DNA of 64,000 nucleotides from Eledone cirrhosa (Eukaryota). Below, piece by piece: positions 39,256-52,100 of this stretch; positions within the stretch are counted from its first letter, which is position 1; every line of letters starts with the position of its first letter. The notes below the pieces were generated by a model. It saw nothing but the letters and a program-made list of their open reading frames with translations, made no database searches and had not been told where the DNA came from. The stretch covers positions 405,666,001 through 405,730,000 of the forward strand of contig OZ024740.1 in the NCBI GenBank assembly GCA_964016885.1, given 5' to 3'. The position numbers and the translations under genes were made by a program.

Positions 39256-40549
39256 TGTCCCCGAAAAATGTATACACACTTTGATTAACTGTACATGCAA
39301 TATATATATTAGAATGGTGTATACATTTTTAGGGACACTGGTATATATATATATGGTGTCCCCGGAAAATGTATACACACTTTGATTACCTGTACAGGCA
39401 ATATATATATATTAGAATGGTGTATATATTTTTAGGGACCCCGGTATATATATATATGGTGTCCCCGAAAAATGTATGCACACTTTGATTATCTGTAAAG
39501 GCAATATATATATTAGAATGGTGTATACATTTTTAGGGACCCCGGTATATATATGGTGTCCCCGAAAAATGTATACACACTTTGATTACCTGTACAGGCA
39601 ATATATATATTAGAATGGTGTATACATTTTTAGGGACCCCGGTATATATATATATATGGTGTCCCCGAAAAATGTATACACACTTTGATTATCTGTACAG
39701 GCAATATATATATTAGACTGGTGTATACATTTTTAGGGACACCGGTATATATATATATATATATATCTATATATATATATATAGTGTCCCCGAAAAATGT
39801 ATAAACACTTTGATTACCTGTACAGGCAATATATATATTAGAATGGTGTATACATTTTTCGGGACCCCGGTATATATATATATATGGTGTCCCCGAAAAA
39901 TGTATACACACTTTGATAACCTGTACAGGCAATATATATATTAGAATGGTGTATACATTTTTAGGGACCCCGGTATATATATATATATATATGGTGTCCC
40001 CGAAAAATGTATACACACTTTGATTACCTGTACAGGCAATATATAAGAATTATGTATACATTTTTAGGGACCCCGGTATATATATATATATATATATATG
40101 GCGTCCCCGAAAAATGTATACACTTTGATTACCTGTACAGGCAATATATATATTAGAATGGTGTATACATTTTTAGGGACCCCGGTATATATATATATAT
40201 ATATGGTGTCCCCGAAAAATGTATACACACTTTGATTACCTGTACAGGCAATATATATATTAGAATGGTGTATACATTTTTAGGGACCCCGGTATATATA
40301 TATATGGTGTCCCGAAAAATGTATACACACTTTGATTACCTGTACAGGCAATATATATATTAGAATGGTGTATACATTTTTAGGGACCCCGGTATATATA
40401 TATGGTGTCCCCGAAAAATGTATACACACTTTGATTACCTGTACAGGCCATATATATATTAGAATGGTGTCCCCGAAAAATGTATAGACACTGATTATCT
40501 GTACAGGCAATATATATATTAGAATGGTGTATACATTTTTAGGGACCCC

Positions 40550-40594
<45 letters not shown>

Positions 40595-40938
40595 TGTCCC
40601 CGAAAAATGTATACACACTTTGATTACCTGTACATGCAATATATATATTAGAATGGTGTATACATTTTTAGGGACACTGGTATATATATATATGGTGTCC
40701 CCGAAAAATGTATACACACTTTGATTACCTGTACAGGCAATATATATATTAGAATGGTGTATACATTTTTAGGGACCCCGGTATATATATATGGTGTCCC
40801 CGAAAAATGTATACACACTTTGATTACCTGTACAGGCCATATATATATTAGAATGGTGTCCCCGAAAAATGTATAGACACTGATTATCTGTACAGGCAAT
40901 ATATATATTAGAATGGTGTATACATTTTTAGGGACCCC

Positions 40939-41001
<63 letters not shown>

Positions 41002-42453
41002 TGTCCCCGAAAAATGTATACACACTTTGATTACCTGTACATGCAATATATATATTAGAATGGTGTATACATTTTTAGGGACACTGGTATATATATATAT
41101 GGTGTCCCCGAAAAATGTATACACACTTTGATTACCTGTACAGGCAATATATATATATTGGAATGGTGTATATATTTTTAGGGACCCCGGTATATATATA
41201 TATGGTGTCCCCGAAAAATGTATGCACACTTTGATTATCTGTAAAGGCAATATATATATTAGAATGGTGTATACATTTTTAGGGACCCCGGTATATATAT
41301 GGTGTCCCCGAAAAATGTATACACACTTTGATTACCTAGGGACACCGGTATATATATATATATATATATCTATATATATATATATATATAGTGTCCCCGA
41401 AAAATGTATAAACACTTTGATTACCTGTACAGGCAATATATATATTAGAATGGTGTATACATTTTTCGGGACCCCGGTATATATATATATATGGTGTCCC
41501 CGAAAAATGTATACACACTTTGATAACCTGTACAGGCAATATATATATTAGAATGGTGTATACATTTTTAGGGACCCCGGTATATATATATATATAAAAA
41601 TAAAAATAAAAATAAAAATAAAAATAAAAAATGTATACACACTTTGATTACCTGTACAGGCAATATATAAGAATTATGTATACATTTTTAGGGACCCCGG
41701 TATATATATATATATATATATATATGGCGTCCCCGAAAAATGTATACACTTTGATTACCTGTACAGGCAATATATATATTAGAATGGTGTATACATTTTT
41801 AGGGACCCCGGTATATATATATATATATGGTGTCCCCGAAAAATGTATACACACTTTGATTACCTGTACAGGCAATATATATATTAGAATGGTGTATACA
41901 TTTTTAGGGACCCCGGTATATATATATATATGGTGTCCCCGAAAAATGTATACACTCTTTGATTACCTGTACAGGCAATATATATATTAGAATGGTGTAT
42001 ACCTTTTTAGGGACACCGGTATATATATATATATGGTGTCCCCGAAAAAGGTATACACACTTTAATTACCTGTACAGGCAATATATATATTAGAATGGTG
42101 TATACATTTTTAGGGACCCCGGTATATATATATATATATATATATATATGGTGTCCCCGAAAAAGGTATACACACTTTGATTACCTGTAAAGGCAATATA
42201 TATATTAGAATGGTGTATACATTTTTAGGGACCCCGGTATATATATATATATATATATATATATGGTGTCCCCGAAAAATGTATACACACTTTGATTACC
42301 TGTACAGGCAATATATATATTAGAATGGTGTATACATTTTTAGGGACCCCGGTATATATATATATATGGTGTCCCCGAAAAATGTATACACACTTTGATT
42401 ACCTGTAAAGGCAATATATATATTAGAATTGTGTATACATTTTTAGGGACCCC

Positions 42454-42486
<33 letters not shown>

Positions 42487-42893
42487 TGTCCCCGAAAAAG
42501 GTATACACACTTTAATTACCTGTACAGGCAATATATATATTAGAATGGTGTATACATTTTTAGAGACACCGGTATATATATATATATATATGGTGTCCCC
42601 GAAAAATGTATACACACTTTGATTACCTGTACAGGCAATATATATATTAGAATGGTGTATACATTTTTAGGGACCCCGGTATATATATATATATATATGG
42701 TGTCCCCGAAAAATGTATACACTTTGATTACCTGTACAGGCAATATATATATTAGAATGGTGTATACATTTTTAGGGACCCCAGTATATATATATATATA
42801 TATATGGTGTCCCCGAAAAATGTATACACACTTTGATTACCTGTACAGGCAATATATATATTAGAATGGTGTATACATTTTTAGGGACCCCGG

Positions 42894-42924
<31 letters not shown>

Positions 42925-43528
42925 GGTGTCCCCGAAAAAGGTATACACACTTTAATTACCTGTACAGGCAATATATATATTAGAATGGTGTATACATTTT
43001 TAGGGACACCGGTATATATATATATATGGTGTCCCCGAAAAATGTATACACACTTTGATTACCTGTACAGGCAATATATATATTAGAATTGTGTATACAT
43101 TTTTAGGGACCCCGGTATATATATATATATATATATGGTGTCCCCGAAAAATGTATACACACTTTGATTACCTGTACAAGCAATATATATATTAGAATGG
43201 TGTATACATTTTTAGGGACCCCGGTATATCTATATATGGTGACCCCGAAAAATGTATACACACTTTGATTACCTGTACAGGCAATATATATATTAGAATG
43301 GTGTATACATTTTTAGGGACCCCGGTATATATATATATATATATATATGGTGTCCCCGAAAAATGTATACACACTTTGATTACCTGTACAGGCAATATAT
43401 ATATTAGAATGCTGTATACATTTTCAGGGACCCCGGTATATATATATATATATTGTGTCCCCGAAAAATGTATACACACTTTGATTACCTCTACAGGCAA
43501 TATATATATTAGAATGGTGTATACATTT

Positions 43529-43843
43529 TCATATAATACTAAAAGTCTGTGATTGCTTTCTTGCTTATCTGTAATGTAATACAGCCAAAAGGGCGCATAA
43601 TTGGAAAATACTTTGAAAGGAAGTTGACCCAGAAATGGGAATACAAATGGAACAAAACAAATTTTGCGTAAATCGGACCGCGGGTTCCCGACATATGGGG
43701 TTTTTCCTGGTGCCTTCATAAACAAAGTAAACAAAGAGAGAAAAAGATAGAGAGAAAGAGATAGTGGTTGTGAGAGAGTAGATTGAAAGAGAGACAGAAA
43801 GAGGGAGAGGAGACAGAGAATGAAAATGGAAGAGAGCTGGTGT

Positions 43844-43907
<64 letters not shown>

Positions 43908-44204
43908 AGTGTGTGTGAATATATATATATATATGTGTGTGATTATGACCAGTGCATGTAGATCACAGACATCCACATATATATATATATACACACACAC
44001 ATACATATATATGTATATGTTTACACACACACACATATATATATATACATACACTCACGTATATATATAGGCCTTCCAATTTCATTTCACATTATATACA
44101 TGTCTGTGTATATTTTTATTATTTAAAAATTATTTTTAAGTGAACACGATTTAAAAAAAAATATTTTAAAGTTAACATGACCCAACGGGTCACGGGTGGT
44201 CTAG
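43529..44204 (+). mobile_element. Non-autonomous Helitron
   Basis: 5' TCATATAATACTAAAA; 3' hairpin TGACCC-AAC-GGGTCA followed by CTAG|T; internal microsatellites. Confidence 0.7.
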
Positions 44205-44469
44205 TATATATATAAAGGTTCGATCGACTTTCGTTAAATCGGTTGCTAATACTATCTATCGGTAGCAACTCCAGGTAGAAGGAGCAATGTGAAATAAAGT
44301 GTCTTGCTCAAGGACATAACGCATTGCCCAGTCCAGGAATCAAACTCACAATCTCAACCATTCTCTAGCACACAGGTTCTCAACCCATTTAGGCCAAAAT
44401 CACGAAACGCCCCCCTGCCCTATTTTTCCATTTTTCAATATACTACTGATTTTGATATCAGTCGATTAC

Positions 44470-44586
44470 TAAAAATAAAAATAAAAATAAAAATAAAAAT
44501 AAAAATAAAAATAAAAATAAAAATAAAAATAAAAATAAAAATAAAAATAAAAATAAAAATAAAAATAAAAATAAAAATAAAAATAA
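44470..44586. repeat. (TAAAAA)n microsatellite
   Basis: About 19 perfect units. Confidence 0.97.
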
Positions 44587-44677
44587 ATTAAAAAAAAAAA
44601 AAATTGTTAGTTTGCTTCGTAACAATAGCATATCCAAGTTTTTGGATAAATCAAATTTCTTTAACTTTGACCTCATT

Positions 44678-45735
44678 TCAATGAAACCCTTGAGCTTCAT
44701 GGAGTCTAGCTAACTCTTTGACATGAGGCTGAATTTTCGTAATATGTAGCCAGAGATCTCCACATGTAATTACATTGTAGCGGTTACGAGACTTACTGTG
44801 CAGTCTGGAAACAGCACCAAACCTCTTCTCGACTAAGTATGAGCTTGGACAAGACAGAGCAAATCTCTTAGCCTCTGCATGTAGATGTGGAAATCGACGC
44901 TGAATTTCCTCTTGCATCCAAAAAAGGGGTTCACCTATTTTAGGAAATCTAATTTTGATCATGTCATCTGTTTGAAGTTCAATGAATTCTTCCTGAAATT
45001 TAATGTCCAAATTGTCGACAGTAGCTATGAAGGGATCTGCTATCCATATTGGGATGTCCATCGGCTAAAGGTCAACAAACCATTCTCTCATGTTGTCTTG
45101 TAGTGCACAGAGGTGAGTGGTATAAATTTGGAGTTGGTCATCGCTTACAATGTTTTGAACATTGGCGACACTAGCAAAATTATAGAATTCCCGTCAAAGA
45201 TCCTTTCAATGACATTCAATTTGGCCAGGAATGTTTTCACAGCACTCCTTGCTTTAAGCAAGGTGATCTTCTCCTGCAAAGCCATAATGACGCTATTGCA
45301 TTTGTCGAAGATGTCGGCGAGGTAGGCACAGTATTGCCTAACATCGAGGGTTTTCTTGTACAGTTCTGTGTTGCATCCTCGAAGAAATTCAATGATAGAG
45401 TCGAACAGTTCAAAGAAGTGAGTAAGGCAGTTGCCCTTTGAAAGCCACCTCACTTCAGTATGAAAGAACAGCTTGACGAATTCTTTGTCATTATCTTGGC
45501 ACAGTTGCCGGAAAATTTGTTCATTGAGGGAATGGTGTTTGATAAAATTGATGACATCAATGGCCACCTGCAAGGACTTGCTCAGGGGTTCGCTGAGTTT
45601 CTTCGCAGCCAAGTGTTGTCAATAAATGACACAATGAACAACAAATACAGATAGATTTTCTCTCTTCAGAAGAGTGACGAAACCCTTATGTTGGCCGACT
45701 ATTGCTCTTGCGTCGTCCGTAGCACATGATACAAT
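44678..45735 (-). pseudogene. hAT transposase remnant (ZBED5/Buster-like), N-terminal half missing
   Basis: TDDA..IVG, HCVI, HTEVRWLSKG, AYLADIF and SSYLVE.RF motifs; stops and frameshift. Confidence 0.9.
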
Positions 45736-46092
45736 GTGTGTTGTATGTGGTCCTAGATATATGTATTACCTGCCTGTGTGTTGTATGTAGTCCTAGATGT
45801 ATGTACTACCTGCTTATGTATTGCATGTGGTCCTAGCTGTATGTATTACCTGCTTGTGTGTTGTATGTGCTCTAAGATGTGTGTATTACCTCCTTATGTG
45901 GTTCTAGATTTATGTATTACCTGATTATGTGTTGTATGTGGTTCTAGATGTGTGTGCTACCTGATTATGTATTGCATGTGGTCCTAGCTGTATGTATTAC
46001 CTACCTGTGTGTTGTATGTGGTCCTAGATGTGTGTGCTACCTGATTATGTGTTGTATGTGGTCCTAGATGTGTGTGCTACCCGCTTCTGTGT
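45735..46092. repeat. 40-bp minisatellite (~9 copies) inside the hAT
   Basis: TGTGTTGTATGTGGTCCTAGATGTRTGTRYTACCTGMTTA; register at 45741, 45781, 45821, 45861. Confidence 0.93.
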
Positions 46093-46846
46093 TTTTTCTT
46101 TTCTTTTTTTTAAATTGTAATATTATTTATACAATAGGGAATAAAATAGATCTACATAGTGTTAATTCGTTACGCTTGAGTCAATAATTTCAGACATAAA
46201 ATACATTGTTATTGGTCAAGGAAAGACAATATTCTAACTGGCTGCACTCAAAGTGTCTTTGACCCAGTTGACTGTGGGTTTTTCCAATTTTAAGATCTCA
46301 ATTACCAGTTAATGTCTAGAAACGCCTGCTCACAGCTGCGGTCAGACCATAGTTATGCTGTCTGCATGCTCATTAAAATGCATTCACACTGGCTGTCTCA
46401 GAGACATACAAATATGGCTTATAAAACTTACCAAAGTAAAGAGCCCTCCAGTGCCCCTCTAATGCCCCCTAGAGTTCTGAAACGCCCCCTGGGGGTGCAT
46501 ATGCCCCCCCGTTGAGAACCTTTGCTCTAGCAGAACAGCCAATTCTCTAACCACTCAGCCTCACGTCTCCACTGCCCACAACAGGACAACTCGTCTAACC
46601 CATGCTAGCGTGGAAAAATAGCCATAAAACGGTGATGATGATGATGATGATGATTTATATATATATATAAAATCAAGGTTTAGCAAACAGAGAAAAAGTT
46701 TTAAAATAAATTTTTAAAAGTTTGCTGTATTTACTATATGTACCCTTACCGCGCAGTTTCAAATCCCAAAATAAATGGATAATCCAGGCGGACCACCATT
46801 GAATATATGTATATTTATTTATGTAATAAACAACATAAGATAATTA

Positions 46847-46919
46847 TTTCATTTACCAAAGGTTTCACGAAGACAGACGAGCCTGACACAGACGCCTGTC
46901 TTCGGTCGTCAAAATGAAA
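46847..46919 (-). ncRNA. Type I hammerhead motif (U3 variant)
   Basis: TTTCATT-TTGACGA-C CGAAGACAGGCG..CGTCTGTCTTCG T-GAAA-CC TTT GG-TA-AATGAAA. Confidence 0.75.
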
Positions 46920-46983
46920 ATTTATTAAAAATTTATTTAAAATAAATTTTCATTTATTCATTTAAAATAAATTTTAAATAAAT

Positions 46984-47056
46984 TTTCATTTTGACGACCG
47001 AAGTCAGACGTCTGTGTCAGGCTTGTCTGTCTTCGTGAAACCTTTGGTAAATGAAA
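46984..47056 (+). ncRNA. Type I hammerhead motif (U3 variant)
   Basis: TTTCATT-TTGACGA-CCGAAG...CTTCGT-GAAA-CCTTTGG-TA-AATGAAA. Confidence 0.75.
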
Positions 47057-47147
47057 TAATTATGTTATGTTGTTTATTACATAACTAAAAAGCTCTGTAG
47101 CCTACATGAGCACTCTCTTTTCCTTTACCTTTCCTACGGAAACACTT

Positions 47148-47196
<49 letters not shown>

Positions 47197-47226
47197 GTGT
47201 GTGTGTATGTATGTATGTATGTATAT

Positions 47227-47609
47227 GGAGGCACATGGCTTAGTGGTTAGAGCATTGGCCTTGCAATCGAAAGTTCAATTCTCAGACCGGGTGATATGTT
47301 GTTTCCTTGAGCAAGACACTTTATTTCACATTGCTCCAGTTTACTCAGCTGTAGAAATGAGATGATAGTGACTGGGGTCCCTATCATTCCATTGCAAAGT
47401 GGTCGTGGAGGTGCCACGGCAAAAAAGCACCCAGCCCACACTGTAAAGTGGACCTGTAGGCACCATGGAAAAAAAGCACCCAGCACTCACTGTAAATGAG
47501 ATTGGTGTTAGGAAGGGCATCCAGCTGTAGAAATCAAGCCACAATCAGTTCCCATCCCACCCTTGCAAGCAGGGAAAAGCGGACGTAAAATGATGATGAT
47601 GATGATGAT
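47227..47609 (+). mobile_element. SINE with tRNA head, CCTTGAGCAAGACACTT core and RTE-derived 3' tail
   Basis: A box TGGCTTAGTGG; tail ggtgttaggaagggcatccagctgtagaaa...ggacgtaaaa(TGA)n matches the RTE 3' UTR. Confidence 0.88.
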
Positions 47610-47625
47610 ATATATATATATATAA

Positions 47626-48329
47626 TATAAAACGAAAAATCAGTTATGTATCTGAACTCAATTTATTGTGTGTTACAATTGTTTCGCCGGCAGACAGCTC
47701 GAGACACGACCATTGTGTGGATCTGTCTGATTCTGGATCTGCAGGTTCGACGGACACATCTAATGATTTCGGAGCAAATTCTCTCACTGGGGTGTTAGCG
47801 TCAAAAACATCATCTTCGCGCGTCCTCTTATTGGCTGGTGTTTTTCTACGTAATACTGACCAACAGGTGTCATTCAACTGACCATGATCAGCTGTCGCGT
47901 TTCTGCCACACTTCGATGAATTACTACTGGGTTTGGTAGTTCACACGTCCATGCGTGCACTCACACACACACATACACACAAACGCACACACACACACAA
48001 TCACATACTTAAGGAGAACATATAAAACTATAGACATACACACGGATGTTGTTATCTATGTGATTGTGTGTGCGTGCGCGTGTGTGTGTATATGTGTGTG
48101 TGAGTGTGCGCGTGGACGTGTGAACTACCAAACCCAGTAGTAATTCATCGAAGTGTGGCAGAAACGCGACAGCTGATCATGGTCAGTTGAATGACACCTG
48201 TTGGTCAGTATTACGGATCCAGAATCAGACAGATCCACACAATGATCGCGTCTCAAGCTGTCCGCCAGCGAAACAATTGTAACACACAATAAATTGAGTT
48301 CAGATGAATCACTGATTTTTCGTTTTATA
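47626..48329. repeat. Large foldback element (~270-bp arms, left arm with ~110 extra bp); arms end in an HHR-derived motif and AATAAA
   Basis: 47626-47739 pairs with 48217-48329 and 47849-48007 pairs with 48057-48215. Confidence 0.88.
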
Positions 48330-48334
48330 TTATA

Positions 48335-49078
48335 CTAGCAGTAAAGCCCGGCGTTGCTCGGGGTCGCTCAGTAGCTGTGTTAAAGTTACAATGTTAAGTT
48401 TCTTTTTTGGCTTAAAAACTGTAGTGTCTACTGTGCAGACTTGCATGTGGTGTTTTTGATTAATATTCCCTCAACCAACAATATGCCTTATGAAGTTAAG
48501 AAAACATAACGATAACCCGAATGTTATAACAAAAGAGGATGCTGGGGATAGAAACTGCACTGGTTATTTATTAACAAAGATCGAAAATGTAAACACTGCA
48601 ACGCAGAGAAAAACAACGTAAGACGCTCAATGTAAACAGAACAAAGGGAAATAACTCGTCACTTACGCTCAAAAATCGATACATTAGATTCGATTTCGTC
48701 ACATAGGGTGGGTCAATTTGAAATATTTTTTTTCCAATGTCTTCGCTAGGGCTCAATGTACAAGTATAGCAATTTCGGTGCAATTCCGTCAGAGATTCTA
48801 AGAGGAGATGTGTGCCAAAAATCGATAGACAGACAGACAACCACAGCTTTATATATATAGAACAAAGGGAAATAACTCGTCACTTACGCTAAAAAATCGA
48901 TACATTAGATTCGATTTCGTCACATAGGGTGGGTCAATTTGAAATATTTTTTTTCCGATGTCTTCGCTAGGGCTCAATGTACAAGTATAGCAATTTCGGT
49001 GCAATTCCGTCAGAGATTCTAAGAGGAGATGTGTGCCAAAAATCGATAGACAGACAACCACAGCTTTATATATATAGA
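48335..49078 (-). mobile_element. Non-autonomous Helitron with duplicated ~220-bp 5' segment
   Basis: A|TCTATATATATAAAGC...CCCGAGCAACGCCGGG...CTAG|T; second 5' end at 48861. Confidence 0.9.
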
Positions 49079-49175
49079 TCATACTCTGCTCTGTAAGAAC
49101 ATAGAGTGCTCAACCGGCATACCGCCTATGGAAGCATATTAGCTACCATCAGACACACACACACATATATATATA

Positions 49176-52100
49176 CATAACCCCAAATTCATCCCCCTCA
49201 CCCCTCCCTGCGCCCCATTTCTGGGTGGGAAATGACAATGGGATAGGTGGGGTAGGAATCATGTTAGCAGAAAAATGGGTGGATAAGATAATAGATGTAA
49301 ATAGAGTGAATGATAGAATAATTAAAATAAGACTTGTTCTAAACAAATCTACTGTGACAGTAATATCTGCATATGCGCCCCAATCCGGACTGCCTGGCGC
49401 TATAAAAGACAGATTCTATGAGACACTGATGCTCACTACCTCCCAAATAACCGACAGTGACTATATAATTATTGCTGGCGACCTAAATGGTCACATTGGA
49501 CAACATTGTGACGGCTATGACGGAATCCACGGAGGCTATGGGTTTGGTACTAGAAATGAGGAAGGCTCCAGAATCCTGGAGTTCTGTGATGCAAATAACC
49601 TAACTATCTGTAACACTAACTTCAAAAAACGAGACAATCACTTGATCACCTACAGATCAGAGGAACATACCAGCCAGGTAGATTATATCCTTACCAGAAG
49701 ACGTGACAGAGTGTCTGTTGTAAACACTAAATCCCTCCCCCATGAAGAATGCACCTCCCAACATAGACTGATAATTAGCGACCTCATAGTCAGGACGAGA
49801 CGTACTAGACAGCAGAAGAGGACTATCCTCAGGAGAAAAATATGGAAGCTAAAGGATCCCACAGCCAGAAATAAATTTCAAAGCATATTACTTGATGCTT
49901 TCGACAGTAAGGAAGAGCAATTAGAGTCGTACAATGTAGAGGAACAGTGGGAATTCTTGAAAGCAAACCTGCTGATGGCGGCAGATGAAGTCTGTGGCTG
50001 GAGCAGGCCTGTAGGCAGGAGGAGAGTAACATGGTGGTGGAACAGTAAGGTAGAGGGGTCAATCAAGGCCAAAAAGCAGGCTTGGAAAGCATGGCGGGAT
50101 GGGGGAAGTAGAGAAGACTATCAAGTGGCCAGGAGGGAAGCTAGGAGACAAGTGTACTTCGCAAGAAGGGAAGCAGAGGAAAGAAAGTTCAAGCATGTTC
50201 TACAACGCGACGACCAAAAACGTGAGGTGTTCAGGATTGCTAGGCAATGTGTCAAGGAAAACCGTGATATTGTCGGGGAGAAGTGTGTACTTAACGATGA
50301 TGGCGTACTTGCCATCACTGACGCTGATAAGAAGGTAGCTTGGAAGTGTCACTACGAAAGGCTACTAAATGAGGAGAATAAATGGGAGAAAGACAGTCTC
50401 CCCCACATCGATACAATAGAGGGACCAGCAGTGTTAGTTGAAGGTAGTATAATAAGTAAGGCAATCAAAGATATGAAGACGGGTAAGGCGGCTGGGCCTT
50501 CGGAAATAGTTGCTGAGATGCTGAAAGCCTCTGGAACGGTGGGACACACCATGGTCACCCGGATAGTAAACCAAGTCATACAGAATGGGGTTGTTCCGAA
50601 GGACTGGCGTAGCAGCATCATCGTTAACTGTTACAAGGGTAAAGGAGACGCCCTAGATAGGAGTAACTATAGAGGCATTAAATTAATCGACCAGGTCATG
50701 AAGGTCACGGAAAAAGTAATAGCGCAACTAATCAGAGAGAGAATTGATCTAGATGAAATGCAGTTCGGGTTTGTGTCAGGCAAAAGTACCACAGACGCTC
50801 TTTTCAATGTACGACAACTACAGGAGAAGTACCTAGCTAAAAGTAAACCCCTATACTTAGCTTTTGTTGACTTGGAGAAAGCCTTCGACAGAGTCCCCCG
50901 TTCCATTATCTGGTGGGCTCTTAGAAAACTAGGTGTTGACGAATGGCTTGTGAGAGCTATACAAGCCATGTATAAAGAAACAGTCAGCAAGGTTAGAATT
51001 AACAACGAATATAGTGAAGAGTTTAGCGTAAAAGTTGGTGTCCATCAGGGCTCTGTTCTTAGCCCCCTACTATTTATTATTGCTCTTCAGGCTATAACAG
51101 AGGAGTTCAAGACCGGCTGCCCATGGGAACTCCTATACGCAGATGATCTAACGCTCATAGCTGAATCAATGGCCGAGCTAGAGAAAAAATTACAAACATG
51201 GAAGCATGGCCTAGAATCAAAAGGCCTTAAAATTAACCTGGCTAAGACTAAGGTTCTAGTTTGTAGGAAAGAAAATAAGGTGGCGGTCCCTTCCGGGAAA
51301 TGGCCATGCTCAGTGTGTAGGAAAGGCGTAGGTAGAAACTCCATTTTATGTCCCAAATGCAAAGTATGGGTGCATAAAAGATGTAGTGGGATCACAGGTA
51401 AGCTAACTAAGAACATAGATTTTATATGTGGCCGGTGCTCTGGTGCAATAAGTGGCAGCAAGTGCCCACAAAATACTAGCTCTTTCAATTGCGCAGAGGG
51501 TTCTATAGAAATAGTGGACACCTTCCGTTACCTGGGTGATAAAATCAGCAGTGGGGGAGGGTGCTCTGAAAGTACAGTAGCTAGAGTCAGAACTGGATGG
51601 AAAAAGTTCAGAGAGCTTATACCACTATTAGCCGCTAAAGGGTTCTCCCTAAAAATGAAAGGCAGGTTGTATGATGTCTGCATACGAACAGCAATGTTGC
51701 ATGGCAGTGAGACCTGGGCATTGTGTGCAGAGGATATACGCAGACTAGAGAGGAATGAAGCTTGCATGCTCCACTGGATGTGTAATAGTAATATACGTGA
51801 ACGGCAAAGCATAAACGAACTAAGGAAAAAATTAGAAATAAGAGGGATCAGATGTTGTTTACTCGAGAGAAGGCTACGTTGGTATGGTCACATGATGCGC
51901 ATGAAAGACGACAGGTGTATAACAAAGTGCAGGGCAATAAAGATAGACGGTAGCCACGGAGTAGGCAGACCCAGAAAAATCTGGGACGAGCTTATAAATT
52001 CCGACCTCACACACTTACACCTCTCCAAGACAATGTCACTGGACCGAGACCGTTGGCGGTACTCAGTAATAGAGAAGACCCGCCTTACCTAAATACAAAG

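Larger units (their letters stand above)
32359..43528. repeat. Tandem array of an ~88-bp hairpin (MITE-like) unit separated by variable (TA)n
   Basis: GGTGTCCCCGAAAAATGTATACAC-acTTTGATTACCTGTACAGGCAATATATATATTAGAAT-GGTGTATACATTTTTAGGGACCCCGG(TA)n; interrupted at 33511-33965 and 37007-38622. Confidence 0.97.
44371..46524 (-). mobile_element. Defective hAT (Charlie/Buster-like) transposon
   Basis: TIRs CACAGGTTCTCAAC / GTTGAGAACCTTTG; 8-bp TSD CTCTAGCA (44363-44370, 46525-46532). Confidence 0.92.
44215..46570 (-). mobile_element. tRNA-derived SINE split by the hAT insertion (head ~46533-46570, body 44215-44362)
   Basis: The two halves rejoin into a homologue of 26955-27170. Confidence 0.8.
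46819..47084. repeat. Foldback element; each arm carries an HHR
   Basis: ~120-bp near-perfect inverted arms around an AT-rich centre. Confidence 0.9.

Noticed and set aside
32359-43528. CRISPR-like array (palindromic repeats with variable spacers)
   Set aside because: Spacers are only (TA)n of varying length; no unique spacers or cas genes; eukaryotic context
32426-43552. Dozens of short ORFs ([13 protein letters not shown]...)
   Set aside because: Translations of the tandem repeat, with frame set by TA length
44304-44700. ORFs with (KI)n and (FL)n runs
   Set aside because: Translation of the (TAAAAA)n microsatellite
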